Assembly (NCBI GenBank): GCA_028826165.1
Contig: JAPDFW010000118.1
Location: 62,001-126,000, forward strand
Direction of reading: 5' to 3'
DNA from: Anaeramoeba ignava BMAN
Taxonomy: Eukaryota > Protista > Anaeramoebae
Length of the DNA: 64,000 bases
The notes under the pieces are model-generated. The model had not been told where the DNA came from, ran no database searches, and saw nothing but the letters and a program-made list of their open reading frames with translations. Shown here piece after piece: positions 38,701-50,468 of the stretch (positions are counted from its first letter, which is position 1; the number at the start of each line of letters is the position of its first letter). The position numbers and the translations under genes are program-made.

Positions 38701-40460
38701 TACTTGCTAAATAAAAAATAAAAAAATTTTTTTAATTTGGATTTGAAACCAAAAAAAAAAATCAAATCATTTATTTATTTACATTCTTTTTGTTTTTTTT
38801 TTTTGGTAAGAAAAATTAAAAAGAAAAAGTTGTTTTGTTTTTAGATGAGAAATTATACATTTGCACAATTAACATCAGATCCAATTTGAAGAAGATATTT
38901 AATTCCAGAAATTTTTAAAGAAGAAGCATAAATGAAAAAAGGTGTTTCATCCTAGATTATATTTTTATTAATCAAATGATTTTATCTTTCTTTGAAAAAT
39001 AAAATAAAATAAATTGATTACTGCCTACAAATTTTTTTCATAAAAAAGAAAGAAGAATTGGAATAAATTATTTTTTACGTTCTAAAATTAAAATTAATTA
39101 TAAATATAAATATAAATGAAAAAATATATATATAAATATAAACATTAGTTCGATCAATATCAGCTCCAGATAAAATGAGTAATTTAATGGTTTCTAATGA
39201 AACAACATTATTACAAGCTATATGAAGAGGTGCATTTCCCTAAAAGAAAAATAGATAATTAAATTTGAATAAAAGAAATGTGAAAAAAAAATAATTTTTG
39301 ATTACAGACTAAAAAATCAAAAAAAAAATAATTAAAAATTTGGAAAATGAAATTATAATTGAAAATTACATGCTGAAAACAATAAAGAAAAGAAGGAAAA
39401 AAAAAAAGAATTTAATGAATTTTCATTTAAAAATCTTGGAATAAATTTTCATTTAAAAATTACATTTGGTTCATTAACATTTGGATGTTCATTTAAAATT
39501 ATTCGAATAATTTTCTCTGAACAACGTTTATAACAAGCAATATGTAAAGCTTGATTTCCCTAATAAATTACATTTATATTTATAAAACAAAATGGATTAA
39601 AAAGGAAGGAAGAAAGAAAGAAAGAAAGAAAGAAAAATTACATTGAACTATGTTTATATTTATATTTATATTTATATTTATATTTATATTTATATTTGAA
39701 AAAGAAATGTAAGATAAAAAATACATCTCTTTCATTAACATCTGCCCCTTTTTCGATTAAAAATTGAACAATAGTTGGATCATTGTTTAAAATTGCTTTG
39801 TGAAGAAATGTAAAACCCTTTTAAAGAAAACAAAATATCAATAATAAATTCTTTTCTTTTTTAAATGAAGAAAATTTGATTTTACACCCTTTTTTATTAA
39901 AAGAAATGATAAGTATTTGAGTATTTAAAAAAAAATTTGATTTACAATTTTGGATGAAACAGAAAGACCACATTCAATTAAATATTCTTTAATCTTTTGG
40001 CTTGATTTAAGAAAAACAGCTAAATGAAGAGCATTTTCATCCTAAATAAAAAATTTTTTTCTTAGAATTTTTTGAATTTAATGGAAAAAGAAAATTTACA
40101 TTCTATTCCAAAAAAAAAAAAATTGGAAAAATTTCAATAATAAATTAATTTATATTTAAAATGAGAAAATGATTTACTTTCTAAAATTAAAATTAAAATT
40201 AAAATTAAAATTTAAATTAAAATTTATTTTTATTTTTATTATTTTTATTTTACATTTCTCGCTAAAATATTTATTCCTCTTTCAACAAGTAATTGAACCA
40301 TTTTAAAAGAACCAATACGAACAGCTTTATGAAGAGCTGTTTCTAAATCTGAAGAATCGAATAAATTAAGTTGTCCTTGTTCAATTGCCTTCAATACTTT
40401 TTTTTTGCTTTTTTTATTAACTCCTCGAAAAATTAATGGAATTTGTGGAGGATTTTGCAT
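29720..40460 (-). CDS. Ankyrin-repeat (~31 repeats) + BTB/POZ protein encoded by ~86 exons including 53 microexons
   Basis: Large exons: 40460-40254, 40041-39946, 39817-39725, 39559-39464, 39239-39144, 38951-38859, 38647-38555, 38317-38201, 37964-37869, 37724-37629, 37378-37277, 37061-36963, 36716-36614, 36403-36305, 36054-35959, 35731-35636, 35532-35431, 35211-35116, 34889-34797, 34366-34271, 34027-33932, 33705-33610, 33388-33281, 33052-32954, 32812-32714, 32452-32354, 32168-32076, 31858-31763, 31530-31435, 31345-31232, 31148-31098, 30969-30874, 30682-29720. Nearly all translate as G/D/N-x-T-P-L-H...GAD(V/I)NxxN/D. The last exon carries BTB motifs (KDFGIVVDDKVVKVHKILLFARSELFRNMF). Confidence 0.9.
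30744..40180 (-). other. Array of 48 three-nt and 5 six-nt phase-0 microexons (AG|NNN|GT) between ankyrin exons
   Basis: Lowest coordinate and residue of each: 40178K,40100N; 39886G; 39642FN; 39370H,39306S; 39079N,39022A; 38783N,38704Q; 38478N,38415Q; 38119N,38044KQ; 37803EN; 37558S,37447D; 37204N,37132F; 36852N,36789E; 36544N,36481K; 36224N,36149V; 35889N,35812K; 35579G; 35365H,35283D; 35032N,34972K; 34701K,34619S; 34176N,34098M; 33872TD,33798A; 33545K,33475S; 33199N,33123I; 32888HK; 32641D,32559A; 32289F,32230N; 32006N,31939D; 31687N,31603F; 30811N,30744S. Confidence 0.85.
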
Positions 40461-40559
40461 TTTTTAAAAAAAGAAAAAGAAAAGAAAGAAAAATGAAAAA
40501 TATTTTTGAAATATTTTTTTTATTGAATATTAAATCAATTCTTATTTTGTTGATTCAAT

Positions 40560-42356
40560 TTAAAAAATTAAGCAATTTTCTTTTTTTTGATTTTGATTAT
40601 TAAATTTTTTAATTAATAAATCAAATAAATTTGGATTTGTTTGATTTAATTGAAAATAATCAATTCCTCTTTTGATTTCATTAATTATTTTTCTTTGTAA
40701 TTTGAATTTCTTCTTTAATTTGATTTGAATAAATCCAATATTCAAATATTTGAAATGATTTATTACTTAATTTACTATAATCTGTAACTTTATTTGATTT
40801 ATCATTTGTTACAGATAAAAACATTCCTCGATATAATTCACTTCTCATTATTAATATTAATTTAGGAAATTTATATTGTTTTTCTTTTCTTTCAATAATA
40901 AAATCTTTTTCATTTTCATTTAAATAAATTCTTTTAATTGTTTCTTCAATTTTTCATTTGAATTTATAATTCCTTTAATTTCACAATATAATATTGGATT
41001 TATTTTGGAATTATTTGAATAAATCATTTCAAATATTTGATTTGATTCTTTAATTGATTTATTTGAAATAATTTCTTGAAGTTTTTCAATTCGATTTTGA
41101 TCTTGATTTTGATTTAATCTATATTTTAATATTAATTTATGAGCTTCAATTATTTCTCCATTTTCTATTTTAAATGAAATATCACAAAATTGTTTTCTTC
41201 TAAATAATTTTATCAAATCTTCTTCAAGATTGGAAAAAGAAGGAGGAGAATAATAAAGAAATGAATTTTCATATCCACAAGAAATATGATAATTAGAAAT
41301 ATCTTCATTGAATCTTAATTTAGGAAGTTCAATTTCAATTGGAATAAATTGAAATTTGTGATTTTCGTTTCCTGTTTTATCAAATTTGATATCTCCAAAA
41401 ATGATAAGTTTTCCATTATAAGTTAAAATCAAAGTATGATAACCTCCAATAGAAAATTCAAGAATATCATCATTTTGAAATAAATATGATTTGAGTTCAG
41501 TAAATTCTTTTTCATTTTCATTTTTGACAAGTCCATTATATCTCAAATCTCCACATGAATAAAGTTTTCTTTTTGGATTTTGATTTTGGTTTTCAATCAA
41601 CATTATTGAATGAAAAAATCCAGCTTGAATATCAATTATTTTGCCTTTTGGAATATTTTGGATTTTGGTTAATTTTTGGATTCGATCTTGTGGTTGTCTA
41701 ATTGGTTTTCCTATTCCCAGTTGATCCCAAAAATTATTCCCACATACAAATAATTCTTGATTTGAATTTAAAACAAAAACATGATTTGAATAAATTCCTG
41801 AAAATATTTTAGAAACATTTTTCATCATTAAAACTAGTTTTTGTGTTTCATAAGGTGGCTCAGCATCAAAACCAAGTTGACCATAATTATTTAAACCAGT
41901 TCCATAAGCATTTTGATTTGAAGTTAATAAGTAAACTGAACTCCCTCCAGAAACAATATCTTTAATTATTCTATCATTTGTATCTTCAATTAACGATGAA
42001 ATATTGATAAATTCATTTGGATTTTTTGGATTAATATCTTTTCCTTTGGCAAATACATTTCCTTCTATTGTTAAAATAACTTCATTTGAAAAACCAACAG
42101 TTACTTTTTGAATATTTTCTTCAATTTGGATTTTTTCAGGATTTTGTTTTGAATCTCTTAAATATTCTATTGCTTTTCCATTTTCAAAAAGGAAAATTGT
42201 TGAAAAAAAACCTGATGAAATTTGTTTAATTTGTTTTTCATTTTCATTTTCATTTTCATTTTCATTTTCAAATTGAATTGGTTTTGTTATTTCATTTGGT
42301 TCATTTTTGATAAGTTTTGGCTCTTTATTTGCACCAAAAAATAAAATTTCATTCAT
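40560..42356 (-). CDS. RCC1-repeat + tandem BTB protein (apparent frameshifts near 40.85-40.95 kb)
   Basis: RCC1 motifs GLNNYGQLG, CGNNFWDQLG, GFFHS, GGYHT; BTB FCDISF...AHKLIL. A second BTB (RSELYRGMFLSVTND...FEYWIY) continues in shifted frames to about 40560. Confidence 0.85.
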
Positions 42357-42446
42357 TTTTGAAAAGAAAAAAATGAAAAAAATGATTTTTAAATTAATTT
42401 TAATTTTGATTTTGTTTATTTAAAAAAGAAAAAGAAAAATAAGTTT

Positions 42447-45400
42447 CTATTTAATAAAAGCATTTAAAGATTTTTTTGAACCAGTTTGAAATTTAGCCAT
42501 TTTCTTATTTAATAAAGATGCTTTAATATCAATTTTCCAATGACCTTGAAAAGGAAAATTAATTAATTTTGAAATGGAAAAATATTTTGAAATAAATGGA
42601 GTTTTTGAATATAAAGAGAATTTTTGATTGAGTTTTTTTTGGATATTTTCTTTGTTTTTTTCCGAATCCAAATTTGATGTGATATTTGATTTTGTTTGTT
42701 CATTAATTAATTGTGAAGTGATTTCAATTTCCAAAAATTGGATATTTTTGAGTAATTTTTCCATTTCTGATTCGATTTTTCCAGAAATCGTAATTGTTGT
42801 TTCTTCGATTATTGAAGATTGAATTTCTGAAGGTTGAATTTGCGAGAAATTTAGGGAAAGTTTTGGTTTTAAACAAAAGAAATATTTTGGGAATGGTAGT
42901 CTCAATGATAAGAATAATGAATTTGATAAAAAATCAAGGATTTGAACGAAATGAGAAAATTGAAGTTGGTTTTGTTTGTAATTATTGATAAACCAAATGA
43001 GTAATTGATGTAAGTTTTGGGGTTGGTGATTTTCTGAAGCAAAAAGTGGAGATTCAATGATTTGAGTAAATTTCATTTGAATATTTTTGACAAGTTGATT
43101 TTCCAGAAATAGAAGTACTTGAGAAGATTTTGAATGAAAATGGAACTGATTTTCTTTTTGGATTTGGTTTTCATTCAATTCAACAATTTTGGTTAATGAA
43201 AGAATAATCATTGAAGCGATCACTTGGTATACTTCAATGATAAAGTAGCTTTGTTTATCAATATCAAAGCACATTGTTTTGATTTTTTCGTAGTTTTCCC
43301 AGTTTTCAAGAGCCAAATCTTGAAGACTCATCAATTTACTAACAAATTCTTTTTTGATATTATTTGATTTGGTTTCTTGATCATTTTTTTCAGATTGAAG
43401 CAAAATTTCTTTCAAATTATGTATGAATTTTTGCATTTTAATTTTTGCAGAAAGGAATTTTTTTTGGAATCTGAGTGATTCTTTTTTGCCAAATGAATTT
43501 AAGCATTGCAATGATTTTGAGAGTGTGTCCGCATTATCAGGATCACTTGAAAGTAAAGACATTATGTGAATAAAATACTCCTTATCATTTGGGAATTTCT
43601 GATGGAGCATTGTGAAGAGTAAATGGGAAAATTGTTCATATCCTTGAAGAAAAGCGTTTTTAGCAAATAAATAAACTATCCAAGCATTATTTGAGGAGAT
43701 TATTTGATGAGAAATGGAAAGAATTTCTTGGAAGATGAATAAATATGAAAAATTTTGATTTTGGTTTTCATTTTCAATTTCAATTTGATTTTCATTTTCA
43801 TAATCACTATTTGAATGGTAAGTTTCAATCTCTTGATTTGAATTATTTTCAATTTCCATTTCGATATTTGGTATCATCAATTTGAGTTGTATTTTTTCGT
43901 TTTTGATCAAACTAGAAATATTTTCTGAAGAAAGAACAAAATTATTGAGTTTACAAGTTTGAAATAAAGGAATAGTTAAATAATGGATGTTGTTTGTTGC
44001 TTTGGAAATATCGATGTTTGAATTAATTTTATCTGAATTTTGGTTGTTTTGTTGTTGAGTTAACACAGAAGAAATATGAAGAAAAAGTTTTTGGATAATT
44101 AGACCATCGTCTTCAAGCATGAGAGAGTGATTTAAATATACAAGTTCTGATAGGCAATTTGCAATCAATTTCTGGTGATGAGGGACTAAGAAAAGAAAAT
44201 CAATTAATTGTTTGAGATAAACAGTTTGTGTTGTGATTAATGAGCTGTCAAGAATTTCTGCGGTTGTTTTTTTGGCTTTTTCTGTTTGAATTGCTGTTGT
44301 TAAACAAGAAAGAAATCTCTTGAACTGTGAATGGGAAATGGAAGAAATGTTCGGGTTGTTTTTCATTTGTTGAAGAAGGATTTGGATGTATTGCAATAAA
44401 GCCTTGTTTTCCTCATCATTTTTTGTTGAAATGACAAGAATTTCCAACGACAAAATGGATATTTCAAGATCCAAATGGAAAATCAAATTCCAAGAGTATT
44501 TTTTACTTTGTTCCAACAAAAACCCAATTTCCAAATTTGGATCGTTTGTTTTTTGGGGAATTAAATTGGATGGTGTTTCACAAGAAACTTGAGAATTCAA
44601 GTATTGCCAAATGAGGGATTTGATGCAATGCATAACTTCTGTGATTATTTGCAAATCAACAACGCCTTTTAAATTATCCAACAACGATTGTAAAACCAAT
44701 TTCCACAGAGAATCCAATTGAGAAAAATGGTTGACAAGCAAAAAATTAAGCATTTTCAAGGAAACCAAACGGATATCCTTTCTTGGATCGTAAGAAATAT
44801 AAGTCATCAAAACAATAATAAAATTTGGAACCAAAACAAGAATTTTCGATATGAAAACATTCATGCTTTTCAAAGTTGGCAAGACAAACTGGTGTGAAGG
44901 GAACAAATACAACAAGTTGATTCCGATCTGGTAAGCTTTTTTTGCAAGCTCGGAATCGTGATACATGTGCTTAAGAAGCGAGGAAAAAATAATCATGTTG
45001 TCAAGACTTGAATACACTTCATTTTGAATATTATTTTCAATCATTTCAAGAATACTTTTTGCAAAAACAGGAGATTGAGCACACATTTTGTGAGGAAGTC
45101 CAAATTGCCGATTTGCGTTCATATTTAAACTTGGAGCTCAATGCATTCCTGATTTTTTGATGAACCTGAATACGATCCACTAGCAAAAAAGCCAAACTTC
45201 CAAACATTCTAATTGCTAAAGCACGAGCTATTGGATCGTTACTTTCGGTTACAAGTTGAATTCTTGATATTGCTTCAAATGGATTGAGAAAATTTTCAGG
45301 TATAAGATTGATTTCCAAAAATACTTGCAAAATATGATATCTTATTAAATTTGTTCCATTACAAAATAAATCAGTGAATTTTAATATTAGTGAGTTGATT

Positions 45401-45537
45401 ACTACTGGATTTGGATATTTTTGAACAAGATCATAAAATGATGAAATGGCTTCATATTGTTCTTGAATATTTGAAGAACAAAGTTTTTTATCCAAATCAG
45501 AAATTTCTTTGAAATGATTATTGAATAATGAAGACAT
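42447..45537 (-). CDS. INTS7: Integrator complex subunit 7 (one apparent frameshift near 45090)
   Basis: N-terminus DLDKKLCS..EQYEAI...QKYPNPVVINSLILKFTDLF..GTNLIR...SNDPIARALAIRMFGSLA...VHQKIRNALSS matches the INTS7 N-terminal HEAT region as I recall it; continues in ORF 42447-45122. Confidence 0.8.
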
Positions 45538-45548
45538 TTTTTAAAACA

Positions 45549-45595
45549 AATGAAAAATGAAAAATGAAAAAAATGAAAAATGAAAAATGAAAAAA
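45549..45595 (-). promoter_or_regulatory. Tandem TCATTTT initiator-like elements just upstream of the INTS7 ATG
   Basis: Six TCATTT copies within 60 nt of the ATG. The same motif precedes most ATGs in the window and matches the Trichomonas Inr consensus TCAY(T/A). Confidence 0.55.
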
Positions 45596-45664
45596 TTCAA
45601 AAAAAAAATTTTTTATTAACAAAAAAAAAATCAATTTAATAATCAATTTTAAAAATTTTTTTTT

Positions 45665-48600
45665 TCAATTAATTTTTGGATTTTTCTTTTGATTTGAATT
45701 ATCTTCGTTTGTTTCACTTATTTCATCTTCTGAATTATCAGTTTCATCATCTGAATTTTCATCATCACTTCCAAAACTATCATCATCATTATCATTATCT
45801 CTTATAAAAGAAAATCTATCAAACATATTATCTGGGAAAATTGGTGCTATTGAAAATGGAAGTGATTCACTATTTTGTGTAACTTCTTTTGAAGTAAAAT
45901 CACGATCAAAACATTCTGTATTTTGAGGATCATTATCCTAATTTTCAAAATGAATTTTAATTTTCAAAATGAATTTTAATTTTAATTTTCATTTTAATTT
46001 TAATTTTAATTTTCAAAATGAATTTTAATTATAATTATATTAATTTTAATTTTAATTTTGATTTTAATTTTAATTTTCAAAATGAATTTTAATTTTCAAA
46101 ATGAATTTTAATTTTCAATTTAATTTTAATTTTAATTTTAATTTTAATTTTATAAATGAATTTTAATTTTAATATTAATTTAAATTTAATTTTAATTTTA
46201 ATTTTAATTTTAATATTGATTTTAATTTTAATTTTAATTTTAATATTAATTTTGAATTTTAATTTTAATTTTAATTTTAATTTTAATTTTAATTTTAATT
46301 TTAATTTTAATTTTAATTTTAATTTAAATTTAATTTTAATTTTAATTTTAATTTTAATTTTAATTTTAATTTTAATTTTAATTTTAATTTTAATTTTAAT
46401 TTTAATTTTAATTTTTATTTTAATTTTAATTTTAATTTTAATTTTAATTTTAATTATAAATTTTAATTTTAATCTTAATTTTAATTTTAATTTTTATTTT
46501 AATTTTATAAATGAATTTTAATTTTATAAATGAATTTTAATTTTATAAATGAATTTTAATTTTAATTGTGTTCAATCATCCAAAATACTTCAATTTTTGG
46601 TTTAAAAGGAGGTTGTAATTTCTTTTTCAAAAGTTTATCCCAATCAAGATCTTCAAAAAAGGGATGGTCTTTAATATCTTGAGCACCATTAGCACCCAAT
46701 CTTTGAGAAGGGTCTCTTTTAAGCAATTTACTAAGAAGATCTACAGCATCAGGATGTAAATAGTCAGGAAATTCAGGGTTTGCACGAATAACTTTAAGGA
46801 ACATATCATTTCTATTTGTTGAAAAAAAGGGAGAATTTCCAGTTAACATTTCATATAAAAGAACTCCCAAAGACCACCAATCAACAGCCTTGCCGTGGCC
46901 TTCACATGTTATTATCTCAGGTGCTAAATACTCTGCTGTTCCGCAGAATGTGTTTGCTTTCCCATTGTCCGCTTTTCCATCATTGCTTAATATTCCTTCT
47001 TTTGATAATCCAAAATCTGTCACTTTGATATGTCCTGATGGCTCAAGTAATACGTTTTCAGGCTTTAAATCTCGATAGATTATGTTTTGTTTGTGTAGAT
47101 ATTCAATTGCTAATACTATTTCTGCTATGTAAAATCTGGCTAAAATAGGTGGAAATCTTTTTTGTCCAGCTCTATTTCATTTAATATTAATTTTAATTTT
47201 AATTTTGAAATGAATTTAAATTTTAATTTTGATTTTTAATTTTAATTTTAATTTTAATTTTAATTTTAATTTTAATTTTAAATTTAATTTTAATTTTAAT
47301 TTTAAAATTTTAATTTTAATTTTAATTTTAATTTTAAAATGAATTTTAATTTTAATTTTAAAATGAATTTTAATTTTAATTTTAATTTTAATTTTAATTT
47401 TAATTTTAATTTTAATTTTAATTTTAATTTTGATTTTAATTTTTATTTTAATTATAATTTTAATTTTAATTTTAATTTTAATTTTAATTTTAATTTTAAT
47501 TTTAATTTTAAAATGAATTTAAATTTAAATTTTTAATTTTGATTTGATTTTAATTTTAATTTTTAATTTTGAAATGAATTTAAATTTTAATTTTGATTTT
47601 TAATTTTAATTTTAATTTTAATTTTGATTTTAATTTTTATTTTAATTATAATTTTAATTTTAATATTAATTTTAATTTTAATTTTAATTTTAATTTTAAT
47701 TTTAATTTTAATTTTAATTTTAATTTTAATTTTAATTTTAATTTTAAATTTATTAATTTTAATTTTAATTTTAATTTTAAATTTATTAATTTTAATTTTT
47801 AATTTTAAATTTATTAATTTTAATTTTGATTTTAAATTTAATTTTAATTTTAAATTTTAATTTTAAAATGAATTTTAATTTTAATTTTTAATTTTAATTG
47901 AAATTAACCTTTTAAGATGAAAAAATAATTCTCCTCCTTTAACATAATCTAATATCAAATATAATTTATGTTTTGTTTGAAATGAAAAATGTAAAGTAAC
48001 AATAAATGGATTTCTTAAACTTGATAAAATTCTTTGTTCTGTTTTTGTATGTTCAATTTGTTTTCTTTTAAAAACTTCTGATTTAACAAGAACTTTCATA
48101 GCAAAAAATTTCCCAGTATCTCGATGTCTAACAAGATAAACCTAAATTAAATATTTAATTTAATATTTAATTTAATATTTATTTATAATATTTATTTATA
48201 ATATTTATTTATAATATTTATTTATAATATTTATTTATAATATTTATTTATAATATTTTAATATTTAATTTAATATTTATTTATAATATTTATTTATAAT
48301 ATTTATTTTAATATTTATTTTAATATTTATTTTAATATTTATTTATAATATTTATTTATAATATTTATTTATAATATTTATTTATAATATTTATTTATAA
48401 TATTTATTTATAATATTTTAATATTTATTTATAATATTTTAATATTTATTTATAATATTTATTTTTAATGTTTTATTTTTTTATTTATAATATTTATTTT
48501 ATAATATTTTTTTATTTTTAATATTTTAATATTTATTTATAATATTTATTTATAATATTTATTTATAATATTTATTTATAATATTTATTTATAATATTTA

Positions 48601-50137
48601 TTTATAATATTTATTTATAATATTTTAATATTTATTTATAATATTTATAATATTTATTTATAATATTTATAATATTTATTTACTTTTCCAAAACTTCCTT
48701 CTCCAATTAATTTAAGTTGTTCAAATGAATTAGGTCCAATTTTTTCTCTATCATCTTGTTTTATTTCTTGAATTTCTGGTTTTTTAGTTTTTGAATGTTT
48801 TGTATTTTCTGAATTAGTATTTTTTGTTGAAACTTTTTCTTTTGGTTCTTCGTTTTCATCAATAAAATAAACAGGTTTATCTGGAGGATCCATTGCAAGA
48901 CATAAATCTAAATCACGAAAACCTTGAAGTATTTGATCAGAAACAGTTTCATTTTCACATTGGAAACGATAACGATAAAAAGTAACTAAACTAAATCGAT
49001 TTGGTTTTTTTGATTTATGTATTCTATATAAAAAAACAAACCAAAAATTTATTATTAAAATTATTATTAAATTAATTATTAAATTTATTATTAAATTTAT
49101 TATTAAAATTATTATTAAAATTAATTATTAAATTTATTATTAAATTAATTATTAAATTTATTATTAAATTTATTATTAAATTTATTATTAAATTTATTAT
49201 TAAAATTATTATTAAAATTATTATTAAAATTATTATTAAAATTATTATTAAAATTATTATTATATTTATTATTAAATTTATTATTAAAATTATTATTATT
49301 AAATTTATTATTAAAATTATTATTAAATTTATTATTAAATTTATTATTATATTTATTATTAAAATTATTATTATTAAAATTAAATTTATTATTAAATTTA
49401 TTATTATATTTATTATTAAATTTTATTATTTTATTTATTATTAAACTTATTATTATATTTATTATTAAATTTATTATTATATTTATTATTAAATTTATTA
49501 TTATATTTATTATTAAATTTATTATTATATTTATTATTAAATTTATTATTATATTTATTATTAAATTTATTATTAAAATTATTATTAAAATTATTATTAA
49601 AATTATTATTAAAATTATTATTAAATTTATTATTAAATTTATTATTAAATTTATTATTAAAATTATTAAAATTATTATTAAATTTATTATTAAAATTATT
49701 ATTAAAATTATTATTATATTAATTATTAAAATTATTATTAAATTTATTATTATATTTATTATTAAATTTATTATTATATTTATTATTAAATTTATTATTA
49801 AATTTATTATTAAAATTATTAAAATTATTATTATATTTACCCATAAATATCTTTTGAACTTATAAACCATTTTGTTTTTTTACCATCTGAATTACTTAAA
49901 CCATCTTCAGAAAGTGTAATATTTCTATTAAAATAAAAAGAAAATGAATAAAAATTTATTATTTTAATAAATAAATTAATAAATATTTTTTTACCTTCTT
50001 TGCTTTTTTCCATGTGAATTAATTTTAATTAAATCAAATTGAATTGTTGCACTATTATGTGAATTTGTTGAAACTTTATTATGAACTGTTCTTCTTCTTG
50101 GCCAAAATCTAGCTCTATTTTTTGGTTTTGTTGACAT
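45665..50137 (-). CDS. AGC-family Ser/Thr kinase (PKB/S6K/RSK-like) with N-terminal PH-like region
   Basis: Exons 50137-49995, 49924-49841, 49023-48684, 48141-47909, 47171-46589 and 45937-45665. GEGSFGKV, AMK, YRDLKPEN, DFG, TFCGTAEYLAPE, hydrophobic motif FDRFSF. Confidence 0.92.
48145..49840. repeat. Intronic AT-only tandem repeats in the kinase gene (TATTTATTTATAA at 48145-48680; TTATTATTAAAT at 49050-49835)
   Basis: Directly visible; introns at 45940-46560 and 47180-47900 are (TTTTAA)n. Confidence 0.85.
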
Positions 50138-50468
50138 TATTTAAAAAAAAAAAAAAAAGAAAATGAAAAAGAAAAAATGAAAAATATTTTTTGATTTTTT
50201 TTATTTTTTTTTTGGAATTGATTTTGTTAAAAAAAAAATCTTCAACAAATTAAATTATCCTTTTTTTAAAAATCAACAATAAATTTCATGTAAATAAATT
50301 TGGATCAATTTTTGTTCCGAAAAGAAAAAGAAAAAAGAAAAAAGAAAAAGAAAAGAAGAAAGAAAAAAAAGAAGAAAAAAAAAAATTATCAAATTAAGAT
50401 CTGAATTAATTAAATGATTAAATGATTTTTTTTTTATGATAAAATTTTCTCTAATAATTTTTGATTAA

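Noticed and set aside
30682-40254. CRISPR-like or mobile-element explanation for the periodic TACATTCTAAAA motif
   Set aside because: The motif is the reverse complement of TTTTAG-AAT-GTA (acceptor, codon, donor). There are no long direct repeats, terminal repeats, cas or transposase genes.
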